From an uncultured Rhodothermales bacterium (GTDB lineage Bacteria; Bacteroidota; Rhodothermia; Rhodothermales; VXPQ01): a stretch of DNA of 64,000 nucleotides. Positions 37,225 to 45,701 of this stretch are shown here, one piece after another (the stretch's first letter is position 1; each line of letters starts with the position of its first letter). The notes beneath the pieces were generated by a model that had not been told where the DNA came from, made no database searches, and worked only from the letters and a program-made list of their open reading frames with translations. Position numbers and translations under genes: made by a program. Location: NCBI GenBank assembly GCA_964487555.1, contig CAZART010000010.1, positions 349 to 64,348 on the forward strand. The letters run 5' to 3'.

Positions 37225-37620
37225 CGCTCTCCACGGCAAGCCGATTCGTACAGCAACCTGCTTCACCGTGCGTCGGCTCTCCGCATCGGCGTTTCCGCCG
37301 AAGCCTCATCGAGCTCTTGCACTCCACAGGTGGCCGCCGTTCGCTTATCTGCTTCACCGAGCGGCGCTCTCCACAGCAGCGATTGCATGCTTGCTTCACC
37401 GAGCGGCGGTGCTCCGCGTTGCATCTTTCGATGCGCTGCTTCGACACATGCCGCTCTCCACAAGCTGCGCCGGATCGCTCGCCTCAACAAGCATCGCGCT
37501 CGGCAGTCTCTCTTTCGAGTCGCTGCGTCAACACGCTCTGCTCTCGGCGGTGCGATCCCATCGCACGCTGCATCAACAAACGTCGCTCTCCACAGACAGC
37601 TTATTCCGCTGCCGCTTCAA
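37225..37620 (-). repeat. About nine degenerate 43-50-nt modules; minus-sense consensus (C)UGUGGAGAGCG-N4-8-GUUGAAGCAGCG
   Basis: The plus-strand CGCTCTCCAC core or close variants start at 37225, 37275, 37319, 37365, 37409, 37452, about 37503, 37534 and 37584. Confidence 0.8.
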
Positions 37621-37956
37621 CGAGACGTGCGGAGCCGATGCATGCGCAGTATCTTGACGAAGAAGCAGGCCCGAAGGCCGGGTACCTCGTCTTTTTCTGG
37701 CACACAGCCGAAGCTGGAGCCAGTGATAGCTGTGCGTGTCGATGGACTAGCTGCCGATGCTGCGGCCGAAGCCGCTCATCTGCACAGTTGTCACATCGCC
37801 GGCATCCGGCGCGGATATCGTAGCAGGCGAACCTGTACGACCTTCCGGTCGAATACCACATCGTCCCGCATGGTCTTTCGACCAGTGCACGGGCGTCCTC
37901 ATGCAGCCCAGAGTTTTCAGTCGCGTCAAGGAACAGTGCCGTCAGGCACTGAGCCC

Positions 37957-37985
37957 ATTATACCTTTAGACGGCACCCACGTCAA
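37957..37985 (-). promoter_or_regulatory. Sigma-70-type consensus promoter TTGACG-17 nt-TATAAT
   Basis: In the minus sense the -35 TTGACG is at 37985-37980 and the -10 TATAAT at 37962-37957, with an exact 17-nt spacer. The predicted start is near 37950. Confidence 0.5.
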
Positions 37986-38002
37986 GCAGTGACCCCTTCA
38001 AA

Positions 38003-38347
38003 TAGTCCACAATTCGCTAACAGGATATCCACATTGCGTTCGAAGAACCGTTCATAACCAGTGAGGGGACGTACACGGATCTGACGCTAACCCGGACAGG
38101 ATTGACGACTTGCCCTGTGTGGAAATAGACGAGAACGGAGAAGAAGAGAGGGGGCTTAGGACCAAAAAGCCCGGCTTGCCCAAAAGCCGAGCTTCTTGTT
38201 GCCCACCGATGACGCGACTGATGCGATCCCCGCAGGGGTGCTCTAGGCGACATGAGGTAACAGAAAGATAGGAGGTGTATCCCCTTCACGCAAGGGCAAT
38301 AACGGTATTTTATCCACAATGTGACTTTCCCCCACGTTTTATCCCTA
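38003..38347. promoter_or_regulatory. Cluster of DnaA-box-like 9-mers
   Basis: TTATCCACA is perfect at 38310-38318. ATATCCACA (38025-38033) has 1 mismatch. TAGTCCACA (38003-38011), TGTGGAAAT (38118-38126, opposite orientation) and TTATCCCTA (38339-38347) each have 2 mismatches. Confidence 0.3.
38164..38191 (-). terminator. Intrinsic terminator downstream of the rhomboid gene
   Basis: Minus-strand CUCGGCUU-UUGGGC-AAGCCGGG (an 8-bp stem with one G-U pair), then C and U5. Confidence 0.55.
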
Positions 38348-38379
38348 TCGCAATAACGGATCTAAAGGCAGGAACGGCC

Positions 38380-39000
38380 TCAAAATCCCATCTGGCCGAG
38401 GAAGATCGCCAGCGCTCGGGGCTCCAGCAGAACCGTCAACACGAGCCCGCCCAGCGCGCCGCCAATATGCGCCTCATGCGCAATGCCTCCGGTCATACCT
38501 CCCTCCTGCCCCTTTTTCATGGCGTAGATCGAAAGCACCACATAGGCAACCGCAAATACGATCGCCGGAATCGGGATAGGCAGGAAAAAGATGTAGAGCT
38601 TGTGAAAGGGGTAGAAAAGACAGTACCCAAATACCACCCCGCTAACCGCCCCCGAAGCTCCAACGGCCGCATAACTGGCGGTCTTGCGGTGGAGAAGCAG
38701 AGACAGGCCGTGCGCGGCTAGCTCCGCTCCGAAATAGAGCAATAAAAACTTAGCCGGGCCAAGCAGACGCTCTAACTCAGGACCGAAAAAGAAGAGCGTC
38801 AGCATGTTGAATGCAAGGTGCGCCACGCCCGCGTGTACGAAACCGGCCGTGATCAGCCGCTGATACTCTCCATGCTCGAGAATTCGACGGGGCTTAAACG
38901 CGAGCCTGTCAACCAGTGAATGATCGAAGTAAAGGGCATAGGCGCTCACCAGCACGTTGACGAGCAGCAGGAGAATCGTGACAGGTGTTTCGGCAAACAT
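38380..39000 (-). CDS. Rhomboid family intramembrane serine protease
   Basis: HAGVAHLAFNMLTLFFFG, the catalytic Ser in GASGAVSGVVFG and His in AHIGGALGGL. The start is at M21 of the ORF. Confidence 0.85.
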   Translation of the reverse strand: MFAETPVTILLLLVNVLVSAYALYFDHSLVDRLAFKPRRILEHGEYQRLITAGFVHAGVAHLAFNMLTLFFFGPELERLLGPAKFLLLYFGAELAAHGLSLLLHRKTASYAAVGASGAVSGVVFGYCLFYPFHKLYIFFLPIPIPAIVFAVAYVVLSIYAMKKGQEGGMTGGIAHEAHIGGALGGLVLTVLLEPRALAIFLGQMGF

Positions 39001-39078
39001 TCTGCTGACGGAGATAGGGATGGACGTTCTAGCAGTCACACGAGCGGATGCAAGCCACACCCGCCCCCGCGAATCCGC

Positions 39079-39786
39079 TTATGCGGCGACTTCCGCGAAA
39101 TGATTCAGTATCGAACGCCACATGAGCGCCCCATCGCTTCTGCCAAGCACCGGCTCGGCGCAGCGATCCGGATGCGGCATCATCCCCAAGACGTTCCTTC
39201 CCTCATTTACGACGCCGGCGATATTTCGAGAGGAACCGTTTGGATTCGCATCCTTCGTGACCCGCCCCTCACGATCGCAATATCGAAAAACAACCTGGTC
39301 GTTCTGCTCGAGGCGATCGAGAACCTCGTCCGCAGCATAGTAATTTCCTTCGCCATGGGAAATCGGTATCTGAACCACCTGCCCATCCGTCATCGTTCGG
39401 GTGTACGGCGTATCGGCGTTCTCCACCTTTAAGTCCGTCTGCTTGCAGGCGAAGCGAAGCGACGCATTCCGCATCAGTGCACCGGGGAGCAACCCGGCCT
39501 CGCACAGAATCTGAAAACCATTGCAGATTCCGAACACCAACCCTCCTTTATTTGCGAACCGAACCACGTCCTGCATAATCGGCGAAAATCGGGCAATGGC
39601 ACCCGAGCGCAGATAGTCGCCATAAGAAAAGCCGCCAGGTATAACTACGACGTCGACATTCCCTAAACTTTCTTCTTTGTGCCAGATGAACCGGGCCTCC
39701 TGGTCAATAATATGTTTCGCAACGTGGTAGGCGTCGTGGTCGCAATTCGATCCCGGAAAATTGATGATGCCGAACGTGATGGGCAT
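39079..39786 (-). CDS. purQ: Phosphoribosylformylglycinamidine synthase, glutaminase subunit
   Basis: [21 protein letters not shown], the catalytic Cys in [17 protein letters not shown], and GMMPHPDR. Confidence 0.92.
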   Translation of the reverse strand: MPITFGIINFPGSNCDHDAYHVAKHIIDQEARFIWHKEESLGNVDVVVIPGGFSYGDYLRSGAIARFSPIMQDVVRFANKGGLVFGICNGFQILCEAGLLPGALMRNASLRFACKQTDLKVENADTPYTRTMTDGQVVQIPISHGEGNYYAADEVLDRLEQNDQVVFRYCDREGRVTKDANPNGSSRNIAGVVNEGRNVLGMMPHPDRCAEPVLGRSDGALMWRSILNHFAEVAA

Positions 39787-39964
39787 GCCTCTAATTCGTC
39801 AGTAACTGGAACACGGATAACGGCAGTCTGATAACTTCCCCGGGATGTAGGGGATCCGACCGCCGTGCTTCTTGCCGCATCCTTATCATTTGCCTTCCTT
39901 GTCAAAAAGCGGCCGCCGGCCGCCGCGGACCATCGAACAACCTTTAACGAGATATATCGAGGCC

Positions 39965-40936
39965 ATGAAATACCGTCGCTTCGGGAGAACGAATTGGAAC
40001 GTCAGCGAGGTCGGCTATGGAATGTGGGGCATGGCGGGATGGAAAGGCTCGGACGACGAGCAGTCGCTCGAGTCGCTGCAGAAAGCCGTAGACCTCGGCT
40101 GCAATTTCTTCGACACCGCTCTCGCCTATGGTGAAGGGCACAGCGAGCAGCTATTAGGCGAACTGGTTCGCGCGAATCCCGACAAGACCCTCTATTCGGC
40201 CAGCAAAATTCCACCTAAGAACCGCAAGTGGCCGAGTCAACGGCAGTTTACGCTGGACGAGGTCTTCCCACCCGATTATGTAGAAAGGAGCGTCCAAGAA
40301 AGTCTGAAGAACACCGGCCTGGCACAGATCGATCTCATGCAGTTCCACGTGTGGGAAGATGCCTGGGCCGACGACGACCGGTGGTTTGCTAAAATGGACG
40401 ATCTCCGCCGCCAGGGTTTCATCCGCGCCATCGGCATTTCGATCAACCGGTGGGAGCCGTGGAATGGAATCCAAACCGTAAAAAGCGGCCTGGTAGACGC
40501 CGTTCAGGTAATCTACAACATCTTCGATCAGAATCCGGAAGACGCGCTCTTCCCCGCCTGCGACGAAATGGACGTCGCGGTCATCGCCCGCGTTCCTTTC
40601 GATGAGGGCACCTTGACGGGCAACCTGACCAAAGACATGAAATGGCCCGAGGGAGACTGGCGCAACACCTATTTCGTTCAGGAAAACCTCATACCGAGTG
40701 TGGAACGGGCGGACGAACTGAAGAAAATCGTCCCAGACGGCATGCATCTGCCCGAAATGGCGCTCCGATTCATTTTGTCGAACGAGACGGTCTCGACGAC
40801 GATCCCCGGCATGCGGAAACTCCATCATGTCCGTGCCAACATGGCCGCAAGCGACAAGGGCCCGCTTGATGGGGATCTCCTTGCAACGCTCCGCGAGCAC
40901 CGATGGGAACGCAAGCCGACGGAGTGGTCTCAGTAA
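39965..40936 (+). CDS. Aldo/keto reductase
   Basis: MKYRRFGRTNWNVSEVGYGMWGM, FFDTALAYGEGHSEQ, AIGISINRW and TIPGMRK. Confidence 0.85.
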   Translation: MKYRRFGRTNWNVSEVGYGMWGMAGWKGSDDEQSLESLQKAVDLGCNFFDTALAYGEGHSEQLLGELVRANPDKTLYSASKIPPKNRKWPSQRQFTLDEVFPPDYVERSVQESLKNTGLAQIDLMQFHVWEDAWADDDRWFAKMDDLRRQGFIRAIGISINRWEPWNGIQTVKSGLVDAVQVIYNIFDQNPEDALFPACDEMDVAVIARVPFDEGTLTGNLTKDMKWPEGDWRNTYFVQENLIPSVERADELKKIVPDGMHLPEMALRFILSNETVSTTIPGMRKLHHVRANMAASDKGPLDGDLLATLREHRWERKPTEWSQ

Positions 40937-40967
40937 ATCCGTTCTTCAAAGCTGCTCGACGCACGAA

Positions 40968-41846
40968 ATGATTCCCAAGGAGCTCTTCCGAAAAATCCGG
41001 CGCATCGAAATCCGAACGAAGGGACTCGTTAATAATGTGTTCGGAGGTGAGTATCATTCCGCCTTCAAAGGGCGCGGCATTGAGTTTTCGGAGGTGCGAC
41101 CCTATCAGGTCGGTGACGACATTCGCACGATCGACTGGAATGTATCGGCACGAACCGGTGATGCCTACGTAAAGATCTTCGAAGAGGAACGGGAGCAAAC
41201 GCTCCTGTTAGTTGTGGATGTCTCAGGATCCGAAGAATTCGGCTCGACCACCAAGTTCAAACGCGAGATTGCGGCCGAAATCAGCGCGGTGATTGCGTTT
41301 AGCGCCATCCAGAACAACGACAAAGTCGGCCTCGTCCTCGTCTCCGATCGTATAGAGCTCTTTGTTCCACCGAAAAAGGGCCGCAAACACGTTCTCCGTC
41401 TGCTACGCGACCTGTTTGCGCATGAGCCGAAATCGAAGGGGACAGACCTTTCCGTCGCGCTGAGCCACGTACTTCACGTCCTTAACCGTCGGTCCATCGT
41501 TCTCGTTATCAGCGATTTTTTCGATAGCGGATACGTGAAGCCCCTGCGCGTCGTCGCGCGCCGGCACGATACCATTGCCGTTCATCTCGTCGATCCCCGT
41601 GAAGAGGAACTGCCCGCCATGGGACTGGTTGACCTGACCGACGCCGAGACCGGCAAAACCATTGTCGTCGACACGGACGACCGCCGCACGCGCCGCACCT
41701 TCGCGATGCACGCCGGGGCTCGTCAAGCAGAGATTGCAGGCCTTTTTCGGAGCATTCGGATGGACTACGTGCCTATCCGTACCGATGAGAGCTACGTTGA
41801 ACCGCTCATCCGATTTTTCCGCCACCGAAACAAACTGTCTCGATGA
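40968..41846 (+). CDS. DUF58 domain protein (first gene of the Bat-type operon)
   Basis: GEYHSAFKGRGIEFSEVRPYQVGDDIRTIDWNVSARTG is the DUF58 signature, followed by a vWA-like fold (LLLVVDVSGSEEFG). Confidence 0.85.
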   Translation: MIPKELFRKIRRIEIRTKGLVNNVFGGEYHSAFKGRGIEFSEVRPYQVGDDIRTIDWNVSARTGDAYVKIFEEEREQTLLLVVDVSGSEEFGSTTKFKREIAAEISAVIAFSAIQNNDKVGLVLVSDRIELFVPPKKGRKHVLRLLRDLFAHEPKSKGTDLSVALSHVLHVLNRRSIVLVISDFFDSGYVKPLRVVARRHDTIAVHLVDPREEELPAMGLVDLTDAETGKTIVVDTDDRRTRRTFAMHAGARQAEIAGLFRSIRMDYVPIRTDESYVEPLIRFFRHRNKLSR

Positions 41847-42820
41847 CGAACGGACTTCTTCGGACAGGGCGAACCCTTGCCGCCCTCGGGGCTGTCGTGT
41901 GTTTTCTCACGGCAGCTTCTCCGCTACACGCACAGGAACTTCAACTTCACGTCTCCGAAGACAGCGTCACCGTCGGACAGCGGTTCTACCTCTCGATCAC
42001 GGCCGAGCACGATTTTGCGGCCGATCCGCAATTTCCGGAGCCGACCGATTCGCTCGTATTCGGGGACGTGGAGGTGCTCCGCCGTCACGCCCGAAATAGT
42101 TTCCCGCGGGGTGGTGTGCGAATCGACAGCGTCGTGTACGAAGTCACGACGTTCGCGCTGGACACGGCCGTCGTGACTCCCATTCCGGTCATGTTCACAG
42201 CCGGTGAGGACACATTTTCCGTCCGAACCTCCGAACGATGGGTGCGCGTCGTTTCGCTTGTCCCGTCAGACGCCCAGGACGTTCGAGATCTTGCTCCGCT
42301 CGTCGAATTTCCGCGGCCGATGTGGCTCTATCTTGCCGGAGCGGCGGCGCTCGTCTTGCTAGTCGCCCTGATAGCTTTTTACGTAATGCGGCGCCGACGC
42401 CGAATGCCCATCGAAGCGGATTTGCCGGCGCAGCCTGTGGAGGCCGCAGACGTTGAAGCCATGAAGCGTCTTCGAGCGCTCGAAGGAATCGATCTGGAGA
42501 ATGCCGAAGCCGCTCAACCCTACTATACGGAGCTCTCCGATACGCTACGACACTATCTCGCCCGCCGTCTTCGCGTAAATTCGATGGAATCGACTACGCG
42601 TGAGCTCATTCGTGAATTGTCGCAGCGTGACGTACCCCGGACAAATACGAGAACGCAACTCCAGGACGTTTTATCTCTCGCTGATTATGTGAAGTTCGCC
42701 GACGCGGTGCCGACGCCGGAGCGCGGACATGAAGCCTTGCGAACGGCGCGAAATATCGTTGAATCGGTGGAAGAAGAACTCCGACCACCGGAACAGATTC
42801 CCTCGACCACGGCAGCTTGA
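41843..42820 (+). CDS. Bat-operon membrane protein (DUF4381-like)
   Basis: Signal peptide, central TM PMWLYLAGAAALVLLVALIAFYVMRRRRR, and a helical C-terminal part. It is linked to DUF58 by an ATGA overlap. The family call rests on position and topology. Confidence 0.5.
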   Translation: MTNGLLRTGRTLAALGAVVCFLTAASPLHAQELQLHVSEDSVTVGQRFYLSITAEHDFAADPQFPEPTDSLVFGDVEVLRRHARNSFPRGGVRIDSVVYEVTTFALDTAVVTPIPVMFTAGEDTFSVRTSERWVRVVSLVPSDAQDVRDLAPLVEFPRPMWLYLAGAAALVLLVALIAFYVMRRRRRMPIEADLPAQPVEAADVEAMKRLRALEGIDLENAEAAQPYYTELSDTLRHYLARRLRVNSMESTTRELIRELSQRDVPRTNTRTQLQDVLSLADYVKFADAVPTPERGHEALRTARNIVESVEEELRPPEQIPSTTAA

Positions 42821-42848
42821 TTGGCAACCCCTATCCGTTCGCCGTCCT

Positions 42849-43610
42849 ATGAAGACGTTTTTCAGTGACGAACTGGTCAAGCGACTTTCGCGGGCCCGCC
42901 ATGTTGCCGTGCTGACCGGAGCGGGCATCAGTGCTGAGAGCGGCATACCTACGTTTCGTGACGAAAACGGTCTCTGGGAGCGGTTCAAGCCCGAGGAGCT
43001 TGCCAACGTACGAGCGTTTCTTCGAAATCCGGAGCTCGTCCAGAAGTGGTACGAGCATCGCCGCAGCGTGGCACATGAAAAGGAGCCGAATGCAGGGCAT
43101 CTGGCCCTCGCCGCCATGGAGACCGTCATCGCCGATTTCACGCTGGTGACGCAGAACGTCGACGATCTTCACCGCCGCGCGGGGAGTCGTCACGTCGTTG
43201 AGCTACACGGCAACATCACGCGAAGCTATTGCATTGACTGCCTTCAGCCGGCGGACGGAGAAGTCATGCGCCCGACCGCGGAAGGCAAGCGAGCGCTCTG
43301 TCGAAGCTGTGGTGGCCTGATTCGCCCGGACGTGGTATGGTTTGGCGAAATGCTTCCCGAGGGGGCGCTGGAGACCGCCTACGCCGCGGCGGAGGATGCG
43401 GAAGTCTTTCTCAGCGTGGGCACGAGTGCGGTCGTGTATCCTGCTGCCGGAATCCCGCTTCAGGCAAGGGCTCGAGGCGCTTATGTTGCCGAGATCAACG
43501 TCGAGCCCAGTGCCATTGCGGGCGAGCTGGACGAAGTCGTGCTGGGCCGCGCCGGTGACGTATTACCCGCCCTCGTGGATGCCGTCAAACGCAACAAATA
43601 TAGGCAGTAA
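42849..43610 (+). CDS. cobB: Sir2 family NAD-dependent protein deacylase
   Basis: VLTGAGISAESGIPTFRD, TQNVDDLH, Zn ribbon CIDC...CRSCGG, and VGTSAVVYPAAG. Confidence 0.88.
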   Translation: MKTFFSDELVKRLSRARHVAVLTGAGISAESGIPTFRDENGLWERFKPEELANVRAFLRNPELVQKWYEHRRSVAHEKEPNAGHLALAAMETVIADFTLVTQNVDDLHRRAGSRHVVELHGNITRSYCIDCLQPADGEVMRPTAEGKRALCRSCGGLIRPDVVWFGEMLPEGALETAYAAAEDAEVFLSVGTSAVVYPAAGIPLQARARGAYVAEINVEPSAIAGELDEVVLGRAGDVLPALVDAVKRNKYRQ

Positions 43611-43679
43611 GGGTAAATTGACACCCGCCTGAACATCCCAGAGATGCCGCCGCCCGCCGGCCGCATCTCCCCATTTTCC

Positions 43680-44666
43680 ATGGAATTCGCACAACCATAC
43701 TGGCTGTATCTCCTCGCGCTCGTGCCGTTGTTGGCCGCGCTCGAGTGGTCGCATGGCCGTCGGCGAAAGGCCGGGCTGCGCTACAGTTCGATTCGTGCGG
43801 CCGAGTCCGCGCCGAAAAGTCTATGGACGCGCATCCGAGCCCTACCGACCGTCTTACGCTACGGAGCGCTCGTGTTGGGTATCCTGGCCCTGGCACGGCC
43901 GCAGGAACGTAATGTGGTTGAAGAGCGGTTCGCAGAGGGCGTCGACATCATGCTGGTGCTCGACACGTCCACCTCCATGCGCGCGCAGGATTTCAGCCCC
44001 AACCGCTTTGAAGCCGCCCGCGACGTAGCGGCCGATTTCATTCGCGGACGGACGTCCGACCGGGTAGGCCTCGTCGTCTTCGCGGCAAAGGCCTACACGC
44101 AGGCGCCCCTGACGCTCGACTACAATTTCTTGCTTCGAATGCTCGAAGAAGTCGAAGTGGGCGTAATTGAAGACGGAACGGCCATTGGAACGGCGATTGC
44201 GATGGCCGTCAATCGGCTGAAGGAGAGCGCGGCAAAGAGCAAGGTGCTCATTCTGCTGACCGATGGTCAGAACAATCGCGGCGAAATCGATCCGGTAACC
44301 GCGTCCGACGTCGCCGAGACTATGGACGTGCGCATCTATTCGATCGGCGTTGGCGCTTATGGAGAAGCGCCGTTTCTTTTCGACGATCCGTTCGGTGGGC
44401 AGCGGCGAAGAATGGTCCCCGTCGAAATTGACGAAGAGATGCTGATGAGCGTGGCCGAGAATACAGGTGGCCGGTACTTCCGCGCTACCAACAAGCAGGC
44501 GCTTCGTGACGTGTACGAGGAGATCGGCGAACTCGAAAAGACGAAAATCGAAGAACGTGTCTATACGGACTACAACGAGCGGTATGCAATCTTTCTGCTT
44601 CCGGCATTCGGATTGCTCCTGCTTGAACTGCTCCTGTCAAACACGCGATTGAGACGTTTGCCCTAA
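43680..44666 (+). CDS. batA: vWA domain protein BatA
   Basis: N-terminal TM YWLYLLALVPLLAAL, MIDAS motif LVLDTSTSM, LLTDGQNN, and a C-terminal TM. Confidence 0.85.
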   Translation: MEFAQPYWLYLLALVPLLAALEWSHGRRRKAGLRYSSIRAAESAPKSLWTRIRALPTVLRYGALVLGILALARPQERNVVEERFAEGVDIMLVLDTSTSMRAQDFSPNRFEAARDVAADFIRGRTSDRVGLVVFAAKAYTQAPLTLDYNFLLRMLEEVEVGVIEDGTAIGTAIAMAVNRLKESAAKSKVLILLTDGQNNRGEIDPVTASDVAETMDVRIYSIGVGAYGEAPFLFDDPFGGQRRRMVPVEIDEEMLMSVAENTGGRYFRATNKQALRDVYEEIGELEKTKIEERVYTDYNERYAIFLLPAFGLLLLELLLSNTRLRRLP

Positions 44667-45701
44667 ATGGAATGGCTGCATCCCACATATCTCTGGGCGT
44701 TGGTCGGCGTGCCTTCCGCGGTCGCCCTTTTCCTTTGGGCGGCCTGGCGCCGGCGCGACGCGCTCCGGCGTTTCGGAGACGAATCCGTCGTATCGAAGCT
44801 GGTTGCTGCGGTCAGCGCGCGGCGGCGGCGCTGGAAGGCGGCAGCCATCGTCGGCAGCGTGTTGCTGCTCGCCGTGGCGCTCGCCGGGCCCCGCTATGGC
44901 ACAAAATTACGCGAAGTAAAGCGCGAAGGCGTCGATCTAATGATCGCACTCGACGTCTCTTCGTCCATGCTTGCCGAGGATGTCGCACCGAATCGTCTCT
45001 CCCGGGCCAAGAACGAGATTAAGAAACTGCTCGGCGAGTTGAAGGGAGACCGTGTGGGATTGGTGATTTTTGCGGGGGACGCGTTCGTTCAGTGTCCCCT
45101 CACGACGGACTACTCGGCGCTGCGACTCTTCCTGGACGTGGCCGAGCCAGGCATGATACCCACGCCGGGCACCGACTTTAGCGCCGCGCTGCGACAGGCG
45201 ACCGATGCCTTCAAGTCCCCTGCCGATCCGTCGGATAACCCGACCCGCGCCCTCCTCTTTGTCTCGGACGGCGAAAATCATGTGGCAAACGTGCGGGAGA
45301 TGGCCGAAGACGCGCGCAGCGAGGGGATCGTGCTCTACGCAGCCGGTGTCGGTGAAACAACGGGGTCGCCCATTCCGATCTACAACAATGGGCGACGCAT
45401 CGGCTACAAGAAGGACAGTCAAGGAAAAATCGTCCACACACGATTGGAAGAGCAGGCGCTCCGAACCTTCGCGACCGATGCCGGCTATTTCCGAATCGCT
45501 CGGACCTCGAGCTCACTGCCGAATATGATCGCGGCGCTAGATAGGCTCGAGAAGCGAGAACTCGCCCGTGAGGAGTTCGAAGAGTACGAGGAGCGATTCC
45601 AGTGGCCCCTCGCGCTCGCATTGTTTCTCCTCGGTCTTGAACGAATCGTCAGTGATCGCCGTAAGCCTTCCGTTCAGCCTGAAGCCGCCTCACCATCATG
45701 A
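44667..45701 (+). CDS. batB: vWA domain protein BatB
   Basis: TYLWALVGVPSAVALFLW, MIDAS motif IALDVSSSM, FVSDGENH, and a C-terminal TM. It starts directly after the batA stop. Confidence 0.85.
   Translation: MEWLHPTYLWALVGVPSAVALFLWAAWRRRDALRRFGDESVVSKLVAAVSARRRRWKAAAIVGSVLLLAVALAGPRYGTKLREVKREGVDLMIALDVSSSMLAEDVAPNRLSRAKNEIKKLLGELKGDRVGLVIFAGDAFVQCPLTTDYSALRLFLDVAEPGMIPTPGTDFSAALRQATDAFKSPADPSDNPTRALLFVSDGENHVANVREMAEDARSEGIVLYAAGVGETTGSPIPIYNNGRRIGYKKDSQGKIVHTRLEEQALRTFATDAGYFRIARTSSSLPNMIAALDRLEKRELAREEFEEYEERFQWPLALALFLLGLERIVSDRRKPSVQPEAASPS

Larger units (their letters stand above)
36976..37950 (-). ncRNA. Candidate large structured non-coding RNA (about 975 nt, unclassified)
   Basis: Bounded by a consensus promoter and a terminator. 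In the minus sense it has five C(UUCG)G and at least six GNRA tetraloop hairpins. It contains about 9 out-of-frame repeat modules and no credible ORF (see findings). Confidence 0.5.

Noticed and set aside
36264-37620. A type III toxin-antitoxin layout: a tandem RNA repeat array, then a terminator, then a downstream gene.
   Set aside because: The repeats are degenerate and of variable length rather than precise ToxI-like units. The downstream gene is a clear family-2 glycosyltransferase (DNGSSDGS motif), not a ToxN/AbiQ-like endoribonuclease.
37039-37992. A 317-aa plus-strand ORF (TTG start) covering almost the whole gene-free interval. Two further plus-strand ORFs of 193 and 205 aa lie in the other frames.
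   Set aside because: All three plus frames are open at once, which points to compositional bias: the plus strand is pyrimidine-rich and poor in T-purine-purine triplets. The predicted protein is His/Cys/Ser/Arg/Ala-rich and has no recognisable motif. Third-position GC looks clearly lower than in the real genes nearby. The internal repeat copies are spaced by non-multiples of 3. The opposite strand carries a promoter, a terminator and tetraloop hairpins.
40343-40358. TTCCACGTGTGGGAA, a parS-like near-palindrome (parS consensus TGTTCCACGTGGAACA).
   Set aside because: It has a one-base insertion that breaks the palindrome and lies inside the aldo/keto reductase coding sequence. I could not find a convincing parS in or near parB.
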